A program made the translations under genes and the position numbers. From Monocercomonoides exilis PA203 (lineage: Eukaryota; Protista; Preaxostyla), in NCBI GenBank assembly GCA_001643675.2, contig LSRY02000048.1, positions 496,001 through 560,000 of the forward strand: a stretch of DNA of 64,000 bases, read 5' to 3'. How positions within the stretch are numbered: position 1 is the stretch's first letter; every line of letters starts with the position of its first letter. Under the pieces are notes generated by a model. The model was not told where the DNA came from. It worked only from the letters and a program-made list of their open reading frames with translations, and searched no databases. Positions 45,224 through 58,399 of this stretch are shown here, one piece after another.

Positions 45224-48200
45224 CACACACACGCACACACTAACATGCACTAACACACACCATAAAGTTATTCACATTCACATCTTTGCACCTCTGTGCC
45301 GCAATCTCCCTCTCCAAGAAGTTCAAAATGATGTTCTCTTTCCCTGCCAGCAGGTGCTGTTCAGAGGGTGTCCAGCCAGACGGGTCAAACCTCGCCATTG
45401 CAGGCAGAATACTCGACAAGGGAATCTTCTTCTCGCTCCAGATAGAAACCAGCCGAACAGGACACTTCTGTATCAGATCTGACGAAAACCTCACCACCAG
45501 CTCCTGAAGCTCTTCGCTCCTTCTCCCTGTGTGCATCTGCTCTGTGATCACCTGCATCGCCTTCTGGTGCTCTCCTCTCTGAATGAGCTGCTCCACAACA
45601 GCCGCGGGGTCGTTGCAGAGGAGGCCATACAGTGCCATCAGCTCCATCTGCCCGTGTGCTGCCAAAAGAGAAGAGCAAGTGGCTCGATGGATGGCCTGCT
45701 GGTGAATAACAAGAAACGCCACGAATTCGATGAGCATGTCAGTGAATGGATTTTGCTCTCTTTTCTTCTCAAACAGCGCGCCAGACAGCGCAGAGGAGGA
45801 AGAGGCTGGTTTGATGGCCCAGTCGAGGTAGGAGCGGGCGGAGTCAGCAGAAGCAAGCGCAGAAATGGCATTGCCGGCAGAAATAGGGTCAGATTCTTCG
45901 AGGAAGGAGAGGCAGCACAGATAGACTTCGACAAGATAGGTGGAGAGGAACATGATGGGTGCATTGACGGATTGCTCTGAGAGAGAGAAAGAGAAAGAGA
46001 GAAAGAGAGAAAGAGAGAAAGAGAGAGAGAAAGAGAAAAAGAGAGAAAGAGAGAAAGAGAATTAATAATGAAGCAAATAAAGTTGAAAATAATAAATGAG
46101 AAGAAAATGGAAATTACCACAATTATGACACTTTAAATACAGCTGAAAGTCTTGTCAATAAAATAAATAAATAAAATAAAAACTCATCATCACATCACCC
46201 CTTTCCCATTATCCCCCTCCCACACACACACACCTCCTCTCTTCCCTCCTCCGTTCTTGCTGTTAGCTGCCTCTAATCTCCCCAAAACAGTCTTCAGATA
46301 TTTCAGTGCAGCCATCGGATTCCAGCTGTGCTCTGCCCCTCCTGCCACGCCCGCCATCGATGAAGAAAGCTTCAAATCAGCAAAATTCCCTTCGTTTTCT
46401 TCTTTTCCTTCGGAATTGTTCATTCCTGTTGCTTCATCGTCCTCTTCCTCTTCTTCCTCATCCTCATCTTCATCTTCATCCTCTCCTTCATCATCATCGC
46501 CCTCTCCTTCTTCTTCTTCTCCTCTTTCTCCTTCTCCTTCCTCATATCCTTCTACATGTTTCCCTTCTCCACCTGATGACCCTGCAATAATACTGTTCAA
46601 CAAACTCCCATCCAACACACTCTCAAACCCATTCTTCATGTTCTTTTCTTCTCCTTCTCCTTCTCCTTCTTTCTCCTCTCCTCCTCCTCCTCCTCCCTCT
46701 CCTCCCTCTCCCTTTTCTCCTTCTCCTTCTCCCTTCTTCCCTTTCCTCCCCTTCTTCCCCTTCCCTCTCTTCCCTCCCTTTCCTTTTCCTCTCCCCTTCT
46801 CCTTCCTCCTCCCGTTCTCCTCCACCAGCTCTGCCAGCACCATCTCCACTGGCTCTGCTGACAACGCCCACATCTCTGCTGCTTTCTCTTCCATTCCCAG
46901 TGCCAAACAGAGTGGGCCAAGCACAGAGCCCAATGCAGCTGCTCTTGCACCGATTTTGGGGTCGAGGAGGTGGGTGAAGGCGCTGGGATCTGAGGAGGAG
47001 GAAGAGGAGGATGAGGAAGAAGAGGAAGAAGAGGAAGAAGAAGAGGATGATGAAGCAGAAGGAGCAGAAGAAGAAGCAGCACTCCAGACGAGAGAAGAGC
47101 TGAGGGCGTCGCGAGCGAAGGAAGCAGGTTTTTTGTGAATGGCAGCGATGATTGTGCGATAGTTGCTTCCGAGGCATGCTTTGACTGCTCTGTCGATGTA
47201 TGGAGAGAGTTGGGCGATCTTCTGAGGAGAGGCATGGGATGTGCGGTATTTGACAAGGGTGGTGAAGGAAGAGGAGGAAGAAGAAGATGAAGAAGATGAA
47301 GTGGTTGATGGAGTGGAAGAAGAAGAAGAATTAGAAGAACTTTGGCTGTTCTCTGCAATTGCCATAGCCAATGCATCTTCCAATGCGCTCACTGCTTTGT
47401 TCAGAAACTCAATCCATGTGGATGATGCCTCGTCTCTCACATCCACCCGATAGAGAGAAGACGGAGTGGACACGTAGTTGTCATACGTCACTGGATCTGT
47501 CAGAACCCTCTGAAATGCCTCTCTCTTCCCTCCAATTCCTCCTCCTCCACCTCCTCCTCCACTGCTCATCCCCATCCCTCCCTCTCCCTCTCCCAGTGGA
47601 ATGTTCTCACACACACACGTGCTTGTCACATGTGACCACGCCTGCACCCTGTCTCCATACGCCACGACGTAATGGCACCACGTAGCGCCTAAGCCGACAG
47701 GGAAGATGGAAGCAACACGGCCAAAGGATTTGATGGCGTTTGGGTGGTTGTGTTCTGTGAAGTGGTTGGAAGGGGTGACAGAAAAGGGGGAGGAAGGGTT
47801 GGAGGAGTCTGTGGCGAACTGGCAGGAAGGGTCGACGCCTTCCATAGAGACGATGTCTGGGTGGATGATACCGGAGGGACCGAGCCAGGCGTACCAGGGG
47901 AAAGGGAGAGGGAAGTTCGGGAAGGTTCCAGAGAAAGTGAGGGAAGATGGTAGTTTGGAGGGGTCGTCGACTTTGATGCCGCGCATAGAGAAGTGGCGGG
48001 TGTTGTGGGTGAAGGAAGGGCGGGTGAGGGTGCGGGAGAGCTCGACCTGAATGGGGGGGGAAGAGGGAGAAGGAGGAAGAAGAATGGCAATGATGAAGAT
48101 GATGAATAAAGGAAGGAATTAAAGAATGATTAAAAGAATAAACAAAGAGAGGTGAAAAAAATGATTATAATGCCATTGAGAGAAGATAATCATAGAATAT

Positions 48201-49274
48201 TTTTAAAAAAAAAAGATGTTTCTGAAAACAAACCAAAGTGAGAAGCGAAGATGCAAATATTATCTGGCGTGGCTGTGTCCCATCTGCAACAACCATCCCT
48301 GTGATTCCTGTGATGGGCAGCCCTCGAAATTCCGCTGATTCAGGCAACTTCATTTTTTCATATGAAAATTGAAGTGTTTTGAAATTGTCATATTAATTTT
48401 TATTAATTTTTATTTATGTTTCAAATTATAATTCAAAATTTTCAAAAATAAAACCATAAAATTGTGTCATCAAACCTCTTCAAGTTTTTTCGGTGCTGGG
48501 CGAGGAAAATCCAGTTCGTACAATTTTCCATCACGTGTTCCTACGAGCACGTTCCAATCAATGTTCACAAGTTCATCAAGATTATTTCTTAAAAAATATT
48601 TTTTAAAAAAAAATCAAATAAAATAATAATTTGATAATCATAAAATAAAAAATGATTAGAAAATTTTCTTGAAAAAATTACACACCCGAATAAAGAAGAG
48701 ATGTAGCCAGTCTGAATTCTCTTAAATGTTTCCATTGGGCGAAGCCAAGCAAGTGATTCAATAGAAAATTTCCAATTTTCCAATTGAACCCATTTCGTTC
48801 CTTGTTTGAAATTGACATAATAAGTGTTTCCTTTTGATGTAGGAACAACGGCAATTGAACCAAGTGGGTTCAAAAAAACCTTTTCTGGAAGTTCACCTTT
48901 TTTAAGATTCCATTTCCCTTCAATGCCTTTTAATTCTTGAGTCTCATCATTGTAGTAATACAAAGATTTTTCAGATAGCCATGCTATAACTCCATTTGAA
49001 ACGGCAATAGAAATTGGAACCCCTTCTGCAAATGTAACCTAAAAAAAGAGCAGAAAATCGAAAACAAATATATTGGAAAAGCATTGAAAGCACGTTATTA
49101 ATTTCATACATTGCATTTTTCCAGAGAAAACTGGGGCTTCTCAATTTCCACATTTGGATAATACAATTTTGTCGAAGATTTTGCTTGATCAGTCGACTAT
49201 GAAACGTATAAATAATAGCCAAAATAAGTTAATAAATAGCATACGGTATCCGGTGAATCGAAAAAGTGATTCAT
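43138..49274 (-). CDS. VPS18: Vacuolar protein sorting 18 (Pep3; HOPS/CORVET subunit), multi-exon, with low-complexity insertions
   Basis: N-terminal KPQFSLEK, ISIAVSNG, KVFLNPLGS...SKGNTYYVN, FSIESLAW. Middle YRVDVRDEASSTWIEFL, LLAAHGQME, SYALRVCLQEGL, QKRIWLKIV. C-terminal RING-H2 CPICH...FSCGHSFHICC and CPLCGDNALAAINQSL...EEWSL, with TGA at 43138-43140. Confidence 0.9.
43899..44128. repeat. (GA)n + (GAA)n intronic compound microsatellite
   Basis: Seen directly. Confidence 0.95.
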
Positions 49275-49325
49275 TTTCGCAAAGTGACCTCTTCTATTCT
49301 GATCAATAAATAAAAATCTATAGGG
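49275..49325. promoter_or_regulatory. Putative ultra-short bidirectional promoter between VPS18 and PPAN (51 bp between predicted start codons)
   Basis: ATG at 49274 (-, first exon MNHFFDSPDT followed by a gtatgc donor) and ATG at 49326 (+). Confidence 0.6.
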
Positions 49326-51377
49326 ATGGCCCATATTCCTAAAGCGATGCCCACGTACAGAAAGGCGACAGTGATTCAAGAGGACGTGGCTCCTAAATGC
49401 TTTGTTATTACTTGGAACAAGGTTCCTAATGCTTTAATGCAGCTTATGAAGGATACACGAAAAGTGATGGAGCCTAATACGTTCCCACATTTGAGAGTTT
49501 GATATTTCATTTTTCTTGTTGTGCTTGAAAATTACAATGCGTTTATTGTTGTAGATGCAAAAAAGAAATGTTAAAAAGGATCTATTAAGCGTTGCAGGCT
49601 CGCTTGGGGTGACACATATAATATGTTTTTCATCAACTGACCATGGATCTTACATGAAACTTGTTTGTTTCACGATTACTTTACTCTTTATAAATATATT
49701 TATTTAAATTTCAAATAGATACGTCTTCCAAGAGGTCCAACACTTACATTTCGGATTATGGAATATTCTTGTATGCGTGACATTGTGAAAATTATTTCTC
49801 ATCCAATAACAACTAGTAGAAACGCATTTAATACAGCACCTTTGGTATGATATTCATTTTCATTCTATTTATTTATTCATGAATACATTTTTTATTGAAT
49901 TAAATTACATTAAGATTGTTATGAGCAAGTTTTCTGATGGAGCTCCACAGACAAAACTTGTTCAATCAATGTTCCAACATCTATTTCCTGCTATTGATTT
50001 ACAAAAAACAAGCATTAAATCGTGCAAGCGAGTTGTTCTTCTCAGCCGTGATTCAGAAACTGATGAAATAGAATTTAGGCATTACTACATTGGACAAAAG
50101 CCAGCTGGTATTACAAATGTGGTGAATCAGATATTGCATAACAAGCTTGATCTCTCTCATCTAACGCAAGTTTCCGAGATGCTCCAACGAGCAGAGGAAG
50201 AGCGTGAAGCGATGGTAGAAGAGCAGGCAGCAAAGAGAAAGATCCAAAAGAGTGAGCAAGATTCTGATGAGAGTGATGATGAGGACACACAAAAACCAAG
50301 TGAGAAGAAAGAAGACGCAAAAACAAAGAAAGGAAAAAGCGCAGAAGAGGAAGAAGAGCCCAAAGAGAGCGATGAAGTGGCAGCTGCGCGCTTTTTGAAG
50401 CCGAGTTCGATTGATGAAGTGACAAAAGGATCGCAAAAGACAGCCATTTCTCTGACTGACCTGGGGCCGAGGATGCGTCTGCTGCTGATAAAAGTGGAGG
50501 ATGGGTATTTCGGAGGAGAGACGAAGTATCACAGATATTGTGTGTATTTATATTTGTTATATTGTGAGATTTTTAGTTGTTATTCTTTCTCTATCTTTTT
50601 CTGCTTTCTTTCACTCTTATATATATGTGTGTGTGTGTGAATGTGTATTATTATTATTAATTTTTATCGGAATTGCGTGATAATAAAACTTATAATGCAA
50701 TTTTTTTGTTCAGATACAAAAACGCCTGAAGAAGCGAAAGAAACGAGAGATAAAGTGCAGAAAAGAGAGAAAGAGGTTTGTGAAAGAGGGAGGGGAAAAA
50801 TAACAAGAAAAAAAAGAAACAGAAACAGAAACTTTCATGAGAATTGTTAATTTAAAAGGCAATTTTCATTGAATTTTTTGGAGTTAGAAGAAAAAAGAGG
50901 GGAAAAAAAAAGAAGAAAGGAATTATTTTGTGAAATTATGATTGTTATTGTTATTGTTATGAATGCTGCTGAGAAAGAAAGGCAGTGTTTTTGACGGGGG
51001 TTTAAATACTTCTGAACTTGATTTTTGTTTTGCATGTGTTCAGTTGCACTTAGCGCTCCCAAGATTTTTCTTTGAAATTTTTTTTTTTTTTTTAAATAAC
51101 TTTATGACATTGTTTATTGGAACGAGTATATTTTATTATTATGCTGATAAATGCACACTTTTTACATTTTCATAATTAATTCGTTTTATATTCCTTTTTT
51201 TCTCTCTCTCTATCCTTTTTTTTATTCATCATCTTTCCTTTCTAAGAAACATGAAAGAAAGCAAATTCAAAAGGCAAATGTTGAAAGGAAAAAGAAAGGT
51301 TTGTTAAAATTTCTATTCACTTTTTTGATTGAATTTTTAACAATGATTTTTATTTTAATTACAAAAAAAAAAAAAAA

Positions 51378-51415
<38 letters not shown>

Positions 51416-52234
51416 AATGAATGAATGAATGAATATATCGATAAAAATAAATAATAACATCGAATAAAAACTCTAATAAATTCAGAAAAGGAAGATCGAT
51501 TAGCATCCAAGCGGATGAGGAAAGCAGAAAGAGAAGAAAAACTGCGAAAGGAAAGAGAAGAAGCTCTCAAGCTTTTGGAAGAAGGAGGAGAAAGTGCTGC
51601 AATCAAAGAAGGAGAAGAAGGAAAAGAAGAAGAAGCAAAAACCACAAAAAATACAGTTGTGAGTGAAAATGGGAAGAAGAGAAGGAAGATTGATGAAGAT
51701 GAAGGAGAAGGAGAAAGAGGAGGAGATTCCGATGAGAGCAGCGATGAAGAAGGAGGAAGCAGTGAAAGCGGCAGTTTCAGTGAGTCATCAGAAAGTGATG
51801 AGGAAGATGATGATGAAGATGATGAAGACACAAATGAGTCAGAGTCAGATGGATTTGGCAGTGACATGCAAGAGAGCGAGGGAGAGCCGACAGATGAAGA
51901 CGACTTTGCAGCGAGATACGAAGAAGATCTGAAAGAAGCGCAGCAGAAGGAGATTGAAAGGAGGATGGAGCAGAGGCAGAAATCGAGGGATGCGATGAAG
52001 AGAGGGAAGAAGATGGAGGAGGAGAGGACGAAGCATCTGAAGAAGATGAGCAAGAGAGAGAAAGAAGGGGCAGGACAAGAAAGAGGAGAAGGAGGAAGAG
52101 GAAGAGAAAGAGGAAGAGGAAGAAGAGGAGGGAAATATGGATATGGTGATGATGATGAAGCAGAAGATGATAGAGATTTGCTGGGCGATGCAAGGGCAGC
52201 AGCAGATAGCGATGACGATGATGATGATGAATAA
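49326..52234 (+). CDS. PPAN: Brix-domain ribosome biogenesis factor Ssf1/Peter pan, multi-exon, with a long acidic C-terminus
   Basis: PKCFVI, LMKDTRKVMEPNT, KDLLSVAGSLGVTHII, RLPRGPTLTFRI, SMFQHLFPAID, KRVVLL, IEFRHYYI, AISLTDLGPRMRLLLIKVEDG (Brix sigma70-like motif). Confidence 0.92.
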
Positions 52235-52761
52235 ATGGCATATCAAAAAAATATCAAATTCTTCACTTCACAGAAAATTTTAAAGTTTCTTTTCAATTTT
52301 TGTTTATTTCGTAAATTATTTCTTTGGCATTTGCCTGCATTTCACTGAGCAAAAACAAGGAAGAGAAAATAACGAAAGGGATGAAGAAAGAGTGAAAGAA
52401 TTGATTGTCAAACAAGTCTGCTAAAAAGAATTGAAATCAATAACGTTGAAAAAGTTGAGTTTTTCTTTTCTGTTTCTTTTTCTTTTTTTGAAATTATGTT
52501 TATAATAATAGTTTATTATTATTATTATTATTATGCACTTTTGAGAAATGAGAAAGAGTGCAATGGAACTGTTTAATGAGGTGTGTGTGTGAGTGAGTGG
52601 GTTAAAGAGAATATGCTCAAAAATTACAAATTGAATAAAATTCAATTTGATGAGGAAGAAAGAGAGAGAGAAAGGCAGATGCATTAGGGGGGAAAAAAGG
52701 AGAAGATGACAAAAAGAATCAAAAATTATCTTGTTGTTCAATAAGAAAATCAATGAAATAA

Positions 52762-55076
52762 TCAATTATTGATATTGCTATTATTGTTGTTGTTATTATT
52801 TGCCTGTTCATTAAGAGCACGCACGTATCCAACCATGAATGTGAGTGAAGGCCCACCAGCAAGATTGTTTCTGCCCATCGGATATTGTGCTGAAATAGAT
52901 GGAATATAAAGAGAATGGACATATATGTGTGAGTGTGTGTTTATAAAAGAAAAGAAAAGAAAAGAAAAGAAAAGAAAAGAAAAGAAAAGAAAAGAAAAGA
53001 AAAGAAAAGAAAAGAAAAGAAAAGAAAGAAAATTATTTCATGAACCAGAAAAGTTGATGCAATCAATCGAGATGTTTAATAAAAAATATATAAAGTTTTT
53101 AACAATGTTTGTGGATGTTTGAGTAAAACAACAAAAATTATCAAATTTAATAATAATAAAAATAAAATCAAAATAAAAAAATAAAGTCAAAAATAAAAGA
53201 CAAACGAGATGGTCCGCTTTCAGATGAAACAACTGCCACCACACGAGGAAATTCTTCGCCTTCAAACCAGCCAAAAACAGGCCCACCTGAATGCCCCTCT
53301 GCTCAATCAATGCAAACAGAAACATATCATTGGAATATTGTGATAATGAATGTGATTGTAATTATCAAAATAAAAAGAAGAAGAAATTTTTTTGAAACAA
53401 TAAATATTAAAAAAATTAAAAGAAAGAAAGAAAGAAAGAGAAAGAAAGAAAGAAAATCCAATCGTTTTGATAATTTGGCAATAAGAATATTTAAAACGAT
53501 TGAAATGAATAATGAAGAAGAAACAATTTGATCCAAACTTGTTAAGTCGAAGGTTGTCTGCATAATAAACGAGGAAAGTGAGCCAACAGAATACTCTTCG
53601 ACTGTCAGGATTTTCCCGCTATCTTGGAACAACGGTATAATTCCCTGGAGACACATGACAAGAATGAAAAGTTGTATAAAAATAATAATAATAATAATAA
53701 TTTGCAGGCGGAAAAAAAAAATCCAAATAAAAAATTAATTAATGAATGAAAAAGAGAATGAATGAAAGATTTAATTAGGGTGTTATGAATTAAGCATTCA
53801 ACATCAAATATAATCAATAAATCAAATTTTTCAATAAAAATGTGCTAAATCCGAGCAAAAAAAGCAGCATTCGAGTGGGCACACGTCTTTTATCCCTGTG
53901 TCTGGCTGAGGGTATCCCACATTCATCCAGTCTTCTCTCGCGCTCCACCTCGGGTTGTACTTGATTGTCCCGGAATATCCTGTTTGCGGCCCAAACTTCC
54001 TTTTCAGCTTCAAACATGCCACATCAAACGCTGCTTGAACTGTGTTGATCCGGCCGCTGTTGCGCGTGAAGGCATACACCGTCTCCACGTCGCTGTAACC
54101 AAACGGAGACTCCTTCCCATGAAATGCCGGTAGAAATCTTTTTTTGTTTTATTTTAATGGTTTTGAAAAAAAAAAAGGAATATTATTCAAAATTGTAATG
54201 AAATCAAGATGCTTAACTTTCCAAATTCGATATTTCACACCTGATTCTGTCGATTGATCCATCTTCTCTCCAAGGAATACAATGAGATGCTGTCAAAACG
54301 ATATCATCGTCCACTAAAGTTCCCGTGCATACACCCTTCACACTTAATAAAAGACCAACAGTTGACCTTATTTGAAAATTGATTAAGTACGAGGAATATT
54401 TTCAAAGAACCCAAAAAAAATATTAACAAGCTTACCATGGGTATGTGACGTTATGCAACTCGACTCTGTCATCAGGAAGAAAAACAAGAAGTGGATGATT
54501 TTTTCCACCTCGAGTTTGTCCAGAAGCTTCTTGAGCCTTTGCTCCAGGAGGAATTCTTTCAATTGTCATATGTCGAGGGCACATTCCAGGTTGTTCTGCA
54601 GGTGTTGGAAATTGAACTTTGTGAAATGATGGACGATTTGGTTTTGTCTTTCTCTCATTTCCATTTGAGATGAAATTTTTGGTTGGAATTCGACTCGGTG
54701 GAGTGGATGGTGTTGTATCTTCATTCAACAATGATTCAACATCAATCATAATAGGTTTTGCCTGTTGTGACGTGGGCTGTGTCGAACTCATTAATTGTAT
54801 ATTCAATGGAAATTTCTTTTCTTGCTTTTGCTCTATCTTTCTGAGATGATCGATGGAAAGTGGAGCTCCAATCCATGATGAATAAACATCAGCAGAAGTT
54901 CTTTTGGGGGGACTTGGATAATTACTTTTGAAAGAATTATTTGTGGAATTTGATGAATTGAATGGAGATTGGTTTAAATTTGAGTGATGATAAGATTCAT
55001 TTGGTAAATGTAGCAACAGGGTTGGAGTACAAAATAATAAAGCTACAATAAAGAACTTAAAATCAAAAAAATGCAT
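52762..55076 (-). CDS. Secreted trypsin-like serine protease of V8/glutamyl-endopeptidase-like type (clan PA), with signal peptide and pro-region, multi-exon
   Basis: N-terminal hydrophobic FFIVALLFC. Then VFLPDDRVELHNVTYPW|STVG, CTGTLVDDDIVLTASHC (His 54282-54284), AFDVACLKL (Asp), WMNVGYP, GHSGGPVFGW (Ser 53288-53290), PRVVAVVSSE and NNLAGGPSL. Stop TGA at 52762-52764. Confidence 0.88.
52945..53030. repeat. (AAAAG)n intronic microsatellite
   Basis: Seen directly. Confidence 0.95.
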
Positions 55077-55939
55077 TTTTGCCGTTATAAAAGAGAAAAT
55101 TGCTAATCATTTTTCTACAACTGAAATAAATATTTAGGGATTTGATAATTATTTACGCTTTTTGTCTTTTGGACTTTGATAATAAAAAAATAGACAATGA
55201 TAAATAATATGAAGACTGTGAGAAAATACGGAAAATTATTTCTTGAACAAAAAATAAAATTTTATATGAATCACGCACTTTGCTTTATCTGATCTTCAAT
55301 AAAGAATTATTTTTAGTATATAGCACAAAATTTTAGCAATTAAAAAAAATAATATAAAATAATAATAATCAATATAAGATCAGTTTCAAACTTTTTCCGA
55401 AATTTGAAAATTATAAGTCAGACATTCTCTATCAAAAAAAAATTTTTTTTTGAAAAAGAAAACATATGAGAAAAATATCAGAAAAAGCAAAGTGGAACTC
55501 AATTCATAAAGCAAAATTTATTGAACCAAATTATCTCATTCAAAAAATATTTATTCTGTGAAGATTATAAATGCTTATTGACAAAACAAAAAAACACAAC
55601 ATTGGATGTCTATAAAAAAATTTATTGAAAGTTTCAATGAGTTTGTTGAGAATTCTTTTAAAAAAATCATTAAATTTTAATTATTTTTAAATTTTTTGAA
55701 ATCATTTTTTTTTAGAAAAATTTGACACATCATATTTCACAATTATAAAATTCAAAAAAATTTTTAATTGCTATTAAATACTGGTTAATGTACTTGTGAA
55801 ATTTGAAGATTTGGGAGATAATTTTTGATTCAAAAGCTGAAAAATGTGCAAAATCTGCAAAGTTATCAATTCAGATTTTTCAGAATATTTTTCTGTGTAT
55901 TTGTTATCGAAAGTTCACATTCGTTTTGTTCACATGTGT

Positions 55940-56171
55940 AATTCTTTTTGAAAAGTCGCAAGTGTTTAATTTTCAAACAAATCAACAATTTCATATTTTG
56001 CTCAAATTTTTGTTGGCATACACCAAAATTCACTTTTATGGAATCTATTTCTGGATAATGCTATTTCAAACATTCTTGAGGAGATTTCTGAGCTGAAACA
56101 GAAATTTGAGCAAAATATGAAATTTTTGATTTATAAAAAAATTAAACATTTGCGGCTTTTCAAAAAGAATT
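55940..56171. repeat. Imperfect ~75-bp inverted repeat pair (MITE-like, ~230 bp)
   Basis: aattctttttgaaaagtcgcaa...tttcatattttgctcaaattt (55940-56014) pairs with aaatttgagcaaaatatgaaa...ttgcggcttttcaaaaagaatt (56097-56171). Confidence 0.7.
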
Positions 56172-56538
56172 TCTCACATATTTTTCTTTCCACATGTTAA
56201 AATTTAATTGAAAAGTGTCCTTTTGTACAGTAAAGTTCGGTTATAATCACCTCGGTTATTATCAAGACCGCGAATAATCACATTTTTTCGTGAATCAAAA
56301 AATTTGGCAAATTTTCGTGTGTAATTTCATCGGTTGTAATCAAGCCAAAATCGCGAATAATCACAATTTTTTATTTGTAATGGGATTTTTGATATTTAGT
56401 TCTTTTTTTTATCAATAAAAATAAATAAATTGAGATAATATTAATTCTCAATTAATGAAAATGTTTTCAAATAAAAATACATAGTGATTAAAAATAGATT
56501 AATATTTTGAACCCAAAATTGTTTCAAAAAATATCAAA

Positions 56539-58203
56539 ATGATGGAAAAAACAATAAAGCAACAGAAAAGAACTCAGCTATCTTTATTACAAAAATTGGA
56601 TATTATCAACCATCTAAAGAAAACACCTCCCACTCCACGAAACAGCATCTGCTCTGATTATCATGTTGATCCTTCAACAATTACAAAAATATGGAAATCG
56701 AGAGATTATATTATTCAAAAGGCTTCTGAAAATGCAAAACCAAATGAAAAAATAAAAATTCGTGCTTCAACTTATACTGAAATTGACAAAGCATTGATTA
56801 TCTGGTTTAGGCAAATTTGATCAACAAATCCATCGTTGCCAATAAATAGCAATCTTTTAATAGAAAAAGTAAAGTCCTTTGCAGAAGATTTTCATTTGGA
56901 TATTCCAAAAGAACATATGTGGAAAAGTTGGATTGACAGATGGAAAAAACGTAACAATATCACATCAATAAAGATATCTGGAGAGGTCCTTTCAGCTGAT
57001 GTATCATCTGCAGAAACTTGGATAAAACAGACTCTTCCAACAATTATTTGCGAATTTGGCGAAGAAAATGTTTTTAATGGAGGTGAATTGGGTTTGTTCA
57101 TTCACGAATTAATTAATAGAACATTCACAGAAGGTTCAGAAAAAGCTGTTGGGATGAAAACACATAAAGACAGAGTCACAGTGTTTTTGTGCGTAAACAT
57201 GACAGAAGAGAAAATTTCACCTTTTGTGATTGGAAAATCGAAGAATCCGAGGTGTTTCAAACGAAAACATTTACCAGTCAATTACACCCATTCCAAATAT
57301 GCATGGATGAATATGATTTTGTTTAATTATTGCTTGAAATTGCTAAATTCGAAAATGGCTTCAATGAACAGAAAAATAGCATTGGTTGTGGATAATTGCA
57401 CGGCACATAGTTTGATTTCAACAGATTTTTCACATATTTCCTTGTTTTATCTTCCACCGAACGTCACTTCAATTATTCAACCTCTTGACGCTGGAATAAT
57501 AAAAACATTCAAACATTATTTCAAAACCTCTCTGCTTCGAAAGAAATTAGCGAAGACAGAAATGAAAGATGATACAAGAATTGATTTATTTGAAACTATG
57601 AACATGATTTCAAAAGCTTGGAATGACGTTAAAAAGGAAACAATTGAGCATTGTTTCGAACATGCAGGATGGAAGAATCTTAAGGAACCAAGGAAAGAAT
57701 TATCAATTATGAAAGAAAGTGAAATGAGTGAATACACAGATCTGTTTGAAAGAGTGAAAAGTCAAGACAAAAGCTTTGAAAATGAAACACTTGAAGATTT
57801 TTATACAAATGATGATAATTCAACAACGAGAGAATCTCTTTCAGATACTGAAATTGTCAACTTTGTGGAAGAAATAATAAGAAATGAAGAAAAAGATGAC
57901 AATTCAAGACCTTCAAAAGAAAAACTTGAAAATCATAAAGAAAAGGTTATCAGCACAACTGAAGCGTTTCATCAATGGAAATTTTTGAAACCATATTTCG
58001 AAGAAAACATCGAATCACCAAAAACTTTCTCTGCATATGAAGAAATTGATTCATTCATGGACAAAATTGCAACAAAACGTTTGATTCAAACAACGATAAC
58101 AACATTTCCATGCCTTCAGCCGTGCACAGAAAAAAGAAAAAGAACAGATAGCGAAGAAGATTACACACTTGTTAAAGGAGATAAAAAAATCAAAACACTT
58201 TAA
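56539..58203 (+). pseudogene. Tigger/CENP-B-like transposase (HTH_psq + HTH_Tc5 + DDE_1), inactivated
   Basis: KRTQLSLLQKLDII, EIDKALIIWFRQI*STNP (in-frame TGA 56818-56820), SWIDRWKKRNNI, VFNGGELGLF (first catalytic Asp replaced by Gly, GGT 57082-57084), KDRVTVFLCVN, VIGKSKNPRCFK, AWMN, LVVDNCTAH, LPPNVTSIIQPLDAGIIKTFK (D-31-D). Confidence 0.93.
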
Positions 58204-58399
58204 AACGTTTTGCGATTTCATGTTTATTTGTTGCTTCATATTAAGATTATGAATCTTTCAATGCAACATTTTTTTCACTCAAAATATGAATATCTTTTTC
58301 ACCATTCTTTCAATATGATATTGAAAAAATGAATTTTGCATTTTCTCATTTTTGCAAACATGGAATTAGTTTTGTTAAATCAACTTGAAATAACCCAAG

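Noticed and set aside
56228-56365. Short repeats (CGGTTATAATCA-like) with spacers, superficially CRISPR-like
   Set aside because: The units are ~13 bp, irregularly spaced and part of the pogo subterminal transposase-binding sites. The context is eukaryotic with no cas genes.
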